Positions 1-5,538 of a DNA stretch of 5,538 bases are shown here, piece by piece. Every line of letters begins with the position of its first letter. Position 1 is the stretch's first letter. The stretch is from Escherichia phage ID52. The notes beneath the pieces are model-generated. The model was not told the DNA's origin and searched no databases. It was given only the letters and a program-made list of their open reading frames with translations. The position numbers and the translations under genes were made by a program. Location of the stretch: sequence record NC_007825.1. One strand, given 5' to 3'.

Positions 1-3
1 TGC

Positions 4-33
4 TTGACTAATACTCAATCACCACTCTAATAT
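4..33 (+). promoter_or_regulatory. Candidate sigma70 promoter upstream of gene A (pA-like)
   Basis: TTGACT at 4-9 and TAATAT at 28-33 separated by 18 nt, in the H-A spacer just upstream of A. Position matches the known pA location in phiX174-type phages. Sequence-only prediction. Confidence 0.45.
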
Positions 34-58
34 GCCTCCCATCAAACGGAGGCTTTTC
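34..58 (+). terminator. GC-rich hairpin plus T-run in H-A spacer (TH-like terminator/attenuator); stem includes the gene A Shine-Dalgarno
   Basis: GCCTCC (34-39) pairs perfectly with GGAGGC (48-53) around an 8-nt loop (40-47), followed by TTTT (54-57) and then the A start codon at 59. The 3' arm contains the GGAGG that serves as the A ribosome-binding site. Confidence 0.4.
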
Positions 59-1723
59 ATGTTTAAAACTCATTCTGACTACTTCAATAAACCAAACATC
101 GACGCAATCAAACCACTCGTCGAAACTGCTGGTATGTCTGTTCTTACTCAGTCTCCAAACCTCCGTATCTGGAAACAGTGCAATACTCGTATCAAACTTC
201 TTGAAGAAATCCTTGCTCATTATACGAATGGTATTCGCCGTGATGATAATGGTGACTTCTGGATGAATCCAAACTCTCAACTCGCAACCACTATTGCCTA
301 TCGTGCCCACCAAAAAGGCCACAATCCTAAATTCAAACAATACCCAGAGTCGTTTACTCTGGATGACATTATTACTGGCAAACCAATCCCTCAAACCGCC
401 CCTGACGAATTACAACTCTCCGATGAAATCGGTGAAGACTACCGTCTTACAGTCCTCTCCATAATCGAAGAACTGCAAGAATGTTACGATGTGCTCGGAC
501 AACTTGATATTAATAACACTATAGACCACAAACCCCTTGGTAATACTCACTGGGACTTACTCTATGAAAAACCCGTATACAAACATTGGACTCAACTCGT
601 TTCAAAACGACCCCTTAAAGATATCCGCGCCGATTACAACTATGCAAAGGCGAAGGGTATTAAGGATGAATGCTCAAAAATCTTGGAGGAATCTACTATG
701 AAGTCCCGTCGTGGATTTACCGTCCAAAGATTGATGAATGCTATGCGTACAGCCCATACTCAGGGCTGGTATGTGGTATTCGACACTCTTACCCTAGCCG
801 ATGACCGCTTAAAGGATTTCTATGATAATCCCAATGCTCTTCGTGACTACTTCCGTGGTATTGGTCGTATGGTTCTTACTGCCGAGGGTCGCTCGGTGCA
901 TGAGTCATCTGCCGACTGCTATCAGTATTTTTGTGTGCCAGAGTATGGTACACAGCACGGTCGTCTACATTTCCACGCAGTGCATCTTATGCGCACACTT
1001 CCTTTGGGTTCTCTGGACCCTAACTTCGGTAAGTTGGTACGCACTAATCGGCAAATAAATAGCTTGCAAAACACGTGGCCTTATGGTTACTCTATGCCCA
1101 TCGCAGTCCGGTACTCCCAAGATGCTTTCTCTCGTGCTGGCTGGCTCTGGCCTGTGGATGCAAAGGGTGAACCCCTTAAAGCTACCTCGTATATGGCTGT
1201 AGGCTTCTACGTTGCTAAATACGTTAATAAAAAATCAGATATTGACATGGCCGCAAAAGGCCTAGGGAATAAAGAATGGAACAATTCGCTCAAAACCAAA
1301 ATCAACCTCATACCCAAGAAGGTGTTCAGAATCCGAATGTCCCGCAACTTCGGAATGAAGCTACTCTCAATGGCTCACCTGTCAGCGGAAACTCTGATGG
1401 AACTGACCCAAGTGGGCTACGACGTGACCCCGTTCAACAACATCTTGAAGCAGAACGCCAAGAAAGAGCTCAAATCGAGGCTGGCAAAGAAATCTGTCGC
1501 AGACGTTTTGGAGGCGCAACCTGTGACGACCAATCTGCTAAAATTCATGCGCAATTTGACCCGAACAATCGGAGTGTCCAGCCTACAGAGTTTTATCGCT
1601 TCAATGACCACGAAATTATCAAGTACGGATATTTCTGATGAAACCAAAACTTACGTTGCTGATGCAGGAATTGCTGTTGCTAACTTACGAATTAAATCGA
1701 AGTGGACTGCTGGTGGAAAATGA
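59..1723 (+). CDS. A: Replication initiation protein A (HUH rolling-circle endonuclease)
   Basis: ORF 32..1723; preferred start is ATG 59, preceded by GGAGG (48-52) at 6-nt spacing, giving 554 aa. Strong recalled similarity to phiX174/G4 protein A along the whole length, including HFH (nt 968-976) and [10 protein letters not shown] with catalytic tyrosines (codons 1208-1210 and 1220-1222). Contains the origin sequence at 500-529. Confidence 0.92.
   Translation: MFKTHSDYFNKPNIDAIKPLVETAGMSVLTQSPNLRIWKQCNTRIKLLEEILAHYTNGIRRDDNGDFWMNPNSQLATTIAYRAHQKGHNPKFKQYPESFTLDDIITGKPIPQTAPDELQLSDEIGEDYRLTVLSIIEELQECYDVLGQLDINNTIDHKPLGNTHWDLLYEKPVYKHWTQLVSKRPLKDIRADYNYAKAKGIKDECSKILEESTMKSRRGFTVQRLMNAMRTAHTQGWYVVFDTLTLADDRLKDFYDNPNALRDYFRGIGRMVLTAEGRSVHESSADCYQYFCVPEYGTQHGRLHFHAVHLMRTLPLGSLDPNFGKLVRTNRQINSLQNTWPYGYSMPIAVRYSQDAFSRAGWLWPVDAKGEPLKATSYMAVGFYVAKYVNKKSDIDMAAKGLGNKEWNNSLKTKINLIPKKVFRIRMSRNFGMKLLSMAHLSAETLMELTQVGYDVTPFNNILKQNAKKELKSRLAKKSVADVLEAQPVTTNLLKFMRNLTRTIGVSSLQSFIASMTTKLSSTDISDETKTYVADAGIAVANLRIKSKWTAGGK
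500..529 (+). other. Viral (+) strand rolling-circle origin; protein A nick site between G506 and A507
   Basis: Exact match to the conserved 30-nt Microviridae origin as I recall it, CAACTTGATATTAATAACACTATAGACCAC, located inside gene A and encoding ...[10 protein letters not shown]... Confidence 0.88.
698..1723 (+). CDS. A*: Protein A* (in-frame internal restart within A, C-terminal 341 aa)
   Basis: In-frame ATG at 698 (STM-KSRRGF...) at the position homologous to the phiX174 A* start; predicted 341 aa, the same length as phiX174 A*. Whether it is expressed cannot be read from sequence. Confidence 0.65.
   Translation: MKSRRGFTVQRLMNAMRTAHTQGWYVVFDTLTLADDRLKDFYDNPNALRDYFRGIGRMVLTAEGRSVHESSADCYQYFCVPEYGTQHGRLHFHAVHLMRTLPLGSLDPNFGKLVRTNRQINSLQNTWPYGYSMPIAVRYSQDAFSRAGWLWPVDAKGEPLKATSYMAVGFYVAKYVNKKSDIDMAAKGLGNKEWNNSLKTKINLIPKKVFRIRMSRNFGMKLLSMAHLSAETLMELTQVGYDVTPFNNILKQNAKKELKSRLAKKSVADVLEAQPVTTNLLKFMRNLTRTIGVSSLQSFIASMTTKLSSTDISDETKTYVADAGIAVANLRIKSKWTAGGK
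1276..1638 (+). CDS. B: Internal scaffolding protein B (overprinted inside A in a different frame)
   Basis: 120-aa [11 protein letters not shown]...[10 protein letters not shown]...[15 protein letters not shown], matching recalled phiX174/G4 protein B, including the [10 protein letters not shown] motif and aromatic C-terminus. Stop TGA 1636-1638 overlaps the K start. Confidence 0.9.
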   Translation: MEQFAQNQNQPHTQEGVQNPNVPQLRNEATLNGSPVSGNSDGTDPSGLRRDPVQQHLEAERQERAQIEAGKEICRRRFGGATCDDQSAKIHAQFDPNNRSVQPTEFYRFNDHEIIKYGYF

Positions 1724-1808
1724 GGAAATTCAATCTCAACTTAAAAAACTCGAGGTCGTCTTACTTCGCAACCTTTCGCCATCATCTCAACGTGCTGGCA
1801 AAGACTGA
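1638..1808 (+). CDS. K: Protein K (small non-essential protein overlapping the end of A and start of C)
   Basis: Hand translation from ATG 1638 gives 56 aa: [56 protein letters not shown], stop TGA 1806-1808. Closely resembles phiX174 K (also 56 aa, ...[20 protein letters not shown]...). Below the length cutoff of the supplied ORF track. Confidence 0.85.
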   Translation: MKPKLTLLMQELLLLTYELNRSGLLVENEEIQSQLKKLEVVLLRNLSPSSQRAGKD

Positions 1809-1983
1809 CGCCCTTGACGAGGAGAAATACCTGAATATGCTAGGTGCTCTCCTTAAGGACTGGTTCCGGTACGAGGAACATTTCGTACATGGTAAACAAT
1901 CAATGCTTGACATATTGAAAGAGCGTGGCCTATTATCCACATCGCCAACTGACAATAATGTCCGTACTAACAAAGGAAACTGA
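1720..1983 (+). CDS. C: Protein C (DNA maturation; switch from dsDNA to ssDNA synthesis)
   Basis: ORF 1702..1983; preferred start is ATG 1720 within the ATGA overlap with the A stop (1721-1723), giving 87 aa: [21 protein letters not shown]...[12 protein letters not shown]...ILKERGLL, matching recalled phiX174/G4 protein C. Confidence 0.9.
   Translation: MRKFNLNLKNSRSSYFATFRHHLNVLAKTDALDEEKYLNMLGALLKDWFRYEEHFVHGKQSMLDILKERGLLSTSPTDNNVRTNKGN
1907..1936 (+). promoter_or_regulatory. Candidate sigma70 promoter inside gene C driving D-E-J-F-G-H (pD-like)
   Basis: Consensus -35 TTGACA at 1907-1912 and TATTAT at 1931-1936 with an 18-nt spacer, about 50 nt upstream of the D start. Position matches the known pD location inside gene C in phiX174-type phages. 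Confidence 0.5.
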
Positions 1984-1984
1984 A

Positions 1985-2443
1985 ATGTCTAAATCAAATG
2001 AGTCTGCTGTAGCTTTTCAAACTGCTATTGCTTCTATCAAGCTTATCCAAGCCTCTTCCGTTCTCGACTTGACCGAAGATGACTTCGACTTTTTAACTCG
2101 CGACCGTGTATGGATTGCTACCGACCGCTCACGTGCTCGCCGTGCTATCGAGGCCTGTGTATATGGAACGCTGGACTTTGTCGGGTATCCTCGCTTTCCT
2201 GCTCCTGTTGAGTTTATTGCTGCCGTCATTGCTTATTATGTTCATCCCGTCAACATTCAGACGGCCTGTCTTATCATGGAAGGTGCAGAGTTTACCGAAA
2301 ACATCGTTAATGGTGTCGAACGCCCTGTTAAGGCCTCCGAATTGTTCGCCTTTACTCTTCTCGTTCGTGCCGGAAACAAAGACCTTATTGGTCATGCCGA
2401 AACAAACATCCGTGAACAATTACGCGCTCAAGGAGTTATGTAA
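1985..2443 (+). CDS. D: External scaffolding protein D
   Basis: ATG 1985 preceded by AAGGA (1973-1977); 152 aa: MSKSNESAVAFQTAIASIKLIQAS...VYGTLDFVGYPRFPAPVEFIAAVIAYYVHPVNIQTACLIMEGAEFTEN..., near-identical over long stretches to recalled phiX174 protein D (152 aa). Confidence 0.95.
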   Translation: MSKSNESAVAFQTAIASIKLIQASSVLDLTEDDFDFLTRDRVWIATDRSRARRAIEACVYGTLDFVGYPRFPAPVEFIAAVIAYYVHPVNIQTACLIMEGAEFTENIVNGVERPVKASELFAFTLLVRAGNKDLIGHAETNIREQLRAQGVM

Positions 2444-2474
2444 TGAAAAAATCAATTCGCCGCTCCGGCGGTAA
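2163..2474 (+). CDS. E: Lysis protein E (MraY-inhibiting single-gene lysis protein, overprinted in D)
   Basis: ATG 2163 in a frame different from D; N-terminus MERWTLSGILAFLLLLSLLLPSLLIMFIPSTF matches the conserved transmembrane domain of phiX174 E. The frame stays open to TAA 2472-2474 (103 aa), past the D stop and into J. Confidence 0.8.
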   Translation: MERWTLSGILAFLLLLSLLLPSLLIMFIPSTFRRPVLSWKVQSLPKTSLMVSNALLRPPNCSPLLFSFVPETKTLLVMPKQTSVNNYALKELCNEKINSPLRR

Positions 2475-2520
2475 ATCTAAAGGTGCTCGCCTCTGGTATG
2501 TAGGCGGAACGCAATACTAA
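2443..2520 (+). CDS. J: DNA-binding/packaging protein J (small basic protein)
   Basis: ATG 2443 overlapping the D stop (TAATG), preceded by AGGAG (2431-2435); 25 aa: MKKSIRRSGGKSKGARLWYVGGTQY, highly basic. Matches my recollection of G4 J (25 aa) rather than the 38-aa phiX174 J. Confidence 0.9.
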   Translation: MKKSIRRSGGKSKGARLWYVGGTQY

Positions 2521-2526
2521 TTTTTC

Positions 2527-2542
2527 GGGGGCTACGGCCCCC
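2527..2542 (+). terminator. GC-rich hairpin in J-F spacer (TJ-like terminator / mRNA-stabilising hairpin)
   Basis: GGGGGC (2527-2532) pairs perfectly with GCCCCC (2537-2542) around a 4-nt loop TACG. Sits between the J stop (2520) and the F ribosome-binding site AAGGA (2549-2553). No strong downstream T-run, so any terminator activity would be partial. Confidence 0.4.
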
Positions 2543-2560
2543 CAATTTAAGGATACAAAA

Positions 2561-3844
2561 ATGTCTAACGTTCAAACTTCTGCGGACCGCGTACCTCATG
2601 ACTTATCTCATCTCGTTTTTGAAGCTGGTAAAATCGGCCGCCTCAAAACTATCTCTTGGACACCTGTTGTTGCTGGTGACTCTTTCGAGTGTGATATGGT
2701 TGGTGCTATTCGTCTGTCCCCTCTTCGTCGCGGCCTCGCTGTTGACTCACGTGTTGATATCTTTTCTTTCTACATCCCACACCGTCATATCTATGGTCAG
2801 CAGTGGATTAACTTTATGAAGGATGGCATTAATGCCACCCCTCTCGCTCCTGTTACTTGCTCATCTGGCTGGGACTCTGCTGCGTATCTCGGTACTATTC
2901 CGTCCTCTACGCTCAAAGTGCCTAAATTCTTACATCAAGGCTATCTGAATATTTATAACAACTACTTTAAGCCGCCTTGGTCTGACGACTTAACTTATGC
3001 TAACCCGTCCAATATGCCTGAACAGGATTACAAATGGGGCGTGCGTGTCGCTAACCTTAAATCTATCTGGACCGCACCACTGCCACCGGATACCCGTACA
3101 TCTGAAAACATGACTACTGGTACATCCACTATTGACATTATGGGCCTACAGGCCGCATATGCTAAATTACACACGGAACAGGAACGTGATTATTTCATGA
3201 CCCGTTACCGTGACATTATGAAAGAGTTCGGCGGACACACCTCTTATGATGGTGATAATCGCCCTCTTCTGCTTATGCGCTCTGAGTTCTGGGCTTCTGG
3301 CTATGACGTAGACGGTACTGACCAATCCTCACTCGGTCAATTCTCTGGTCGTGTTCAGCAGACCTTCAATCATAAAGTGCCACGCTTCTATGTTCCTGAA
3401 CATGGCGTAATCATGACTTTGGCTGTTACTCGCTTCCCGCCTACTCATGAGATGGAAATGCACTATCTTGTAGGCAAGGAAAACTTAACCTATACCGATA
3501 TTGCTTGTGACCCTGCGTTGATGGCTAACCTGCCTCCTCGTGAAGTGTCCTTGAAGGAGTTCTTCCACTCCTCGCCTGATTCTGCTAAATTCAAAATCGC
3601 AGAAGGCCAATGGTATCGCACACAGCCTGACCGTGTTGCATTCCCTTATAACGCTCTGGACGGATTCCCGTTCTACTCTGCTCTCCCGTCCACGGAACTA
3701 AAAGACCGTGTACTGGTTAACACTGATAACTATGATGAAATCTTCCAGTCTATGCAGCTTGCACACTGGAACATGCAAACTAAATTTAACATTAATGTCT
3801 ACCGTCACATGCCTACGACTCGTGACTCAATCATGACCTCGTAA
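2561..3844 (+). CDS. F: Major capsid protein F
   Basis: 427-aa ORF, MSNVQTSADRVPHDLSHL...GRLKTISWTPVVAGDSFE...LRLSPLRRGLAVDSRVDIFSFYIPHRH..., strongly matching recalled phiX174/G4 F. AAGGA at 2549-2553, 7 nt upstream of the ATG. Confidence 0.97.
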   Translation: MSNVQTSADRVPHDLSHLVFEAGKIGRLKTISWTPVVAGDSFECDMVGAIRLSPLRRGLAVDSRVDIFSFYIPHRHIYGQQWINFMKDGINATPLAPVTCSSGWDSAAYLGTIPSSTLKVPKFLHQGYLNIYNNYFKPPWSDDLTYANPSNMPEQDYKWGVRVANLKSIWTAPLPPDTRTSENMTTGTSTIDIMGLQAAYAKLHTEQERDYFMTRYRDIMKEFGGHTSYDGDNRPLLLMRSEFWASGYDVDGTDQSSLGQFSGRVQQTFNHKVPRFYVPEHGVIMTLAVTRFPPTHEMEMHYLVGKENLTYTDIACDPALMANLPPREVSLKEFFHSSPDSAKFKIAEGQWYRTQPDRVAFPYNALDGFPFYSALPSTELKDRVLVNTDNYDEIFQSMQLAHWNMQTKFNINVYRHMPTTRDSIMTS

Positions 3845-3980
3845 GGCAACAAAGGCCGCCCCTCTACTGGTCAGATGCCTGCCCAATGTGGGGCGGACCG
3901 TGCCTACGGAGATACCCGAATCTACGATACATGGACGGCGTAGCCGCCGTCCCTACTGCAAAGCCAAAAAGGACTAACAT
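3845..3980 (+). other. F-G intergenic region with stable hairpins; candidate complementary (-) strand origin of the G4 type
   Basis: 136-nt non-coding spacer. Perfect 8-bp GC-rich hairpin GGACGGCG (3933-3940) / CGCCGTCC (3945-3952) with loop TAGC. Second stem CCGCCCC (3856-3862) / GGGGCGG (3890-3896) enclosing a 27-nt loop. Small hairpin CCGT/ACGG (3898-3909). In G4 the primase-dependent complementary-strand origin lies in the F-G spacer. Confidence 0.6.
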
Positions 3981-4514
3981 ATGTTCCAGAAATTCATTTC
4001 TAAGCACAATGCTCCAATTAGCTCTACTCAGGTTACTGTTACTAAAACTCCGGCTGCCACGGCACCTGTTTTAGATGTGCCTGGCTTAAGCCGTTCTACT
4101 ATTCAAATCAATGTAACAACCACAGCCGTTACAACTCATTCAGGCTTGTGCCACGTTGTTCGTATTGATGAAACAAACCCAACAAATCATCATGCTCTAT
4201 CTGTTGCAGGTTCATTGTCGCATGTCTCTGCTGATATGATTGCTTTTGCTATTCGCTTTGAAGTCGCCGACGGCGTTGTTCCTACTGCCGTTCCGGCTTT
4301 ATATGACGTTTATCCTATTGAAATTGTCAATACTGGCAAAGCAATCTCATTTAAAGACGTTGTGACTATTGACTCACATCCCCGCACTGTCGGTAACGAC
4401 GTTTATGCGGGTATTATGCTCTGGTCTAACGCTTGGTCTGCCACCACTACCTCTGGCGTTCTCTCTGTTAATCAGGTAAATCGTGAGGCTACTGTTCTCC
4501 AGCCTTTAAAATAA
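3981..4514 (+). CDS. G: Major spike protein G
   Basis: 177-aa [13 protein letters not shown]...[10 protein letters not shown]...[18 protein letters not shown]...SGVLSVNQV...LQPLK; conserved C-terminal blocks match recalled G4/phiX174 G. AAGGA at 3969-3973, 7 nt upstream of the ATG. Confidence 0.95.
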   Translation: MFQKFISKHNAPISSTQVTVTKTPAATAPVLDVPGLSRSTIQINVTTTAVTTHSGLCHVVRIDETNPTNHHALSVAGSLSHVSADMIAFAIRFEVADGVVPTAVPALYDVYPIEIVNTGKAISFKDVVTIDSHPRTVGNDVYAGIMLWSNAWSATTTSGVLSVNQVNREATVLQPLK

Positions 4515-4524
4515 GGATTATCCT

Positions 4525-5538
4525 ATGCTTGGTTCTGTCGTTGGTGGTATCGCCTCCGCTCTTGCTGGAGGCCTTACAGGTAAATTATTTGGCGGCGGTC
4601 AGTCCGCCAATTCCACCGGAGTGCAAGGTAATATTCTTGCCTCTGACAACAATGTTATTGGTGCTAATGATGCTGGTATTAAATCTGCTATTCAGGGTTC
4701 TAGCCTCCCTAACTTTAAAGAGGCTGCCCCCTCTGCTATCTCTGGGATTCTTGCCGATTCTGGCAAGCATGCGCTCTCGTCTCTTACCAATGCTGGTACA
4801 AATAAACTCATGGAAGCTGTCGGCCTTTCTAAGTCTGCCTCTGATAAGGGCAAGGATACAAAAGACTATCTTGCCGCCGCATTCCCCGAGCTCAACGCAT
4901 GGGAGCGCGCAGGTGCTGGTGCTTCTGGTGCAGGCATGCAAGATGCTGGCTTCCAAAATCAGAAAGAGCTAACCAAGATGCAGCTTGACAATCAAAAGGA
5001 AATCGCTAAGATGCAGAACGAAACTCAGAAGGAAATCGCTGGGCTTCAATCTATCACTTCACGCGAAAATACTAAGGATGCTGTCTATGCTCAAAATGAA
5101 ATGCTCGCGTATAACCAAAAAGAGAGTATGTCACGCGTTGGCGCTATTCTCGAAAACACAAGCCTCACCAAACAACAACAAACTTCTGAAATTATGCGGC
5201 AGATGCTTACTCAGGCTCAGACCACGGGTCAGCATTTTACAAATGAGCAAATCAAGGAGCTTACGCGAAAAGTTGGCGCTGATATTGATGCTGTTCGTGC
5301 TAACACTGAACGCACCCATGTAGAAACTGACCGCTCAAAACAGGAGGTTCAAAACTCCCGTTACGCTTCCTCGCAGGTAGGCAAAACCGCTAAGGACGTT
5401 TCCAATGCAATTACTGATACAGCTAGTTCTATTGTTGATTATTTTCGTGGTGTTGATCAAAAAGTGGCAGACGTTTACAACAACTATTTCAAAGATGGCA
5501 AATCGAAAGGAATAGAATCCAATCACCGTTCCAAATAA
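4525..5538 (+). CDS. H: Minor spike / DNA pilot protein H
   Basis: 337-aa ORF, Gly/Ala-rich N-terminus ([10 protein letters not shown]...KLFGGGQ), central [18 protein letters not shown] and [23 protein letters not shown] coiled-coil region, matching recalled phiX174/G4 H. AAGGA at 4513-4517, 7 nt upstream of the ATG. Stop codon is the last 3 nt of the window. Confidence 0.95.
   Translation: MLGSVVGGIASALAGGLTGKLFGGGQSANSTGVQGNILASDNNVIGANDAGIKSAIQGSSLPNFKEAAPSAISGILADSGKHALSSLTNAGTNKLMEAVGLSKSASDKGKDTKDYLAAAFPELNAWERAGAGASGAGMQDAGFQNQKELTKMQLDNQKEIAKMQNETQKEIAGLQSITSRENTKDAVYAQNEMLAYNQKESMSRVGAILENTSLTKQQQTSEIMRQMLTQAQTTGQHFTNEQIKELTRKVGADIDAVRANTERTHVETDRSKQEVQNSRYASSQVGKTAKDVSNAITDTASSIVDYFRGVDQKVADVYNNYFKDGKSKGIESNHRSK

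Noticed and set aside
32-58. ATG at 32 as the start of gene A (563-aa version from the ORF track)
   Set aside because: No Shine-Dalgarno upstream of 32, and it overlaps the putative -10 element. ATG 59 has GGAGG at 6-nt spacing and gives 554 aa, the length I recall for G4 protein A.
8-394. 128-aa ORF on the minus strand antisense to gene A, plus other minus-strand ORFs (1417-1647, 1782-1973, 2017-2229, 2129-2419, 4585-4956, 5131-5319, 5335-5526)
   Set aside because: Microviridae transcribe only one strand (mRNA has the polarity of the virion + strand). Each of these lies antisense to a well-supported gene and has no recognisable ribosome-binding site or similarity I can see. They are best explained as chance open frames.
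822-1058. 78-aa hydrophobic ORF in an alternative + frame inside gene A
   Set aside because: No ribosome-binding site and no known microvirus gene at this position. Hydrophobic alternate-frame ORFs are common by chance in T-rich coding sequence.
1702-1719. GTG at 1702 as an extended start for gene C
   Set aside because: The conserved C N-terminus (MRKF...) begins at ATG 1720, which sits in the canonical ATGA overlap with the A stop. The upstream extension is an artefact of ORF finding with alternative start codons.
2598-2819. 73-aa hydrophobic ORF (ATG start) overprinted in the 5' part of gene F
   Set aside because: Tempting in a family known for overprinting, but there is no ribosome-binding site, no known counterpart in phiX174/G4, and the hydrophobicity follows from the T-rich shifted frame of F. 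Would need conservation of the open frame across related genomes to reconsider.
3886-4074. 62-aa ORF beginning in the F-G spacer and running into gene G
   Set aside because: It starts inside the GC-rich hairpin region that is better explained as the complementary-strand origin, lacks a ribosome-binding site, and overlaps the well-supported G start in another frame.
4529-4972. 147-aa Leu/Val/Pro-rich ORF in the +1 frame of gene H (and a second at 4985-5323)
   Set aside because: Starts with a TTG immediately after the H ATG. The Gly/Ala-rich, GCT/GGT-biased N-terminal coding sequence of H and its repetitive central region produce long stop-free shifted frames. Low-complexity translation with no initiation signal.
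1-5538. Possibility that the window encodes a novel defence or accessory system, CRISPR array, tRNA or mobile element
   Set aside because: Every nucleotide is accounted for by the eleven canonical microvirus genes and three short spacers (58, 40 and 136 nt, plus a 10-nt G-H gap). There are no direct-repeat arrays, no inverted terminal repeats and no space for additional cargo.

Overview
This 5,538-nt window reads as an essentially complete genome of a phiX174/G4-type ssDNA coliphage (Microviridae, Bullavirinae), not a previously undescribed system. All eleven canonical genes (A, A*, B, K, C, D, E, J, F, G, H) lie on the + strand in canonical order, with the usual overprinting: B inside A, K across the A/C junction, E inside D. 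From memory the proteins look closer to G4-like phages than to phiX174 itself: J is 25 aa, A 554 aa, F 427 aa, G 177 aa, H 337 aa; this needs alignment to confirm. The conserved 30-nt viral-strand origin sits inside gene A (500-529), and the 136-nt F-G spacer carries GC-rich hairpins consistent with a G4-type complementary-strand origin. The window starts in the H-A spacer and ends exactly on the H stop codon, so it looks like a circular genome opened at that junction. There is no room for cargo genes, and I see no CRISPR, tRNA, rRNA or mobile element. The findings are details of overlap architecture and regulatory hairpins rather than a new system.
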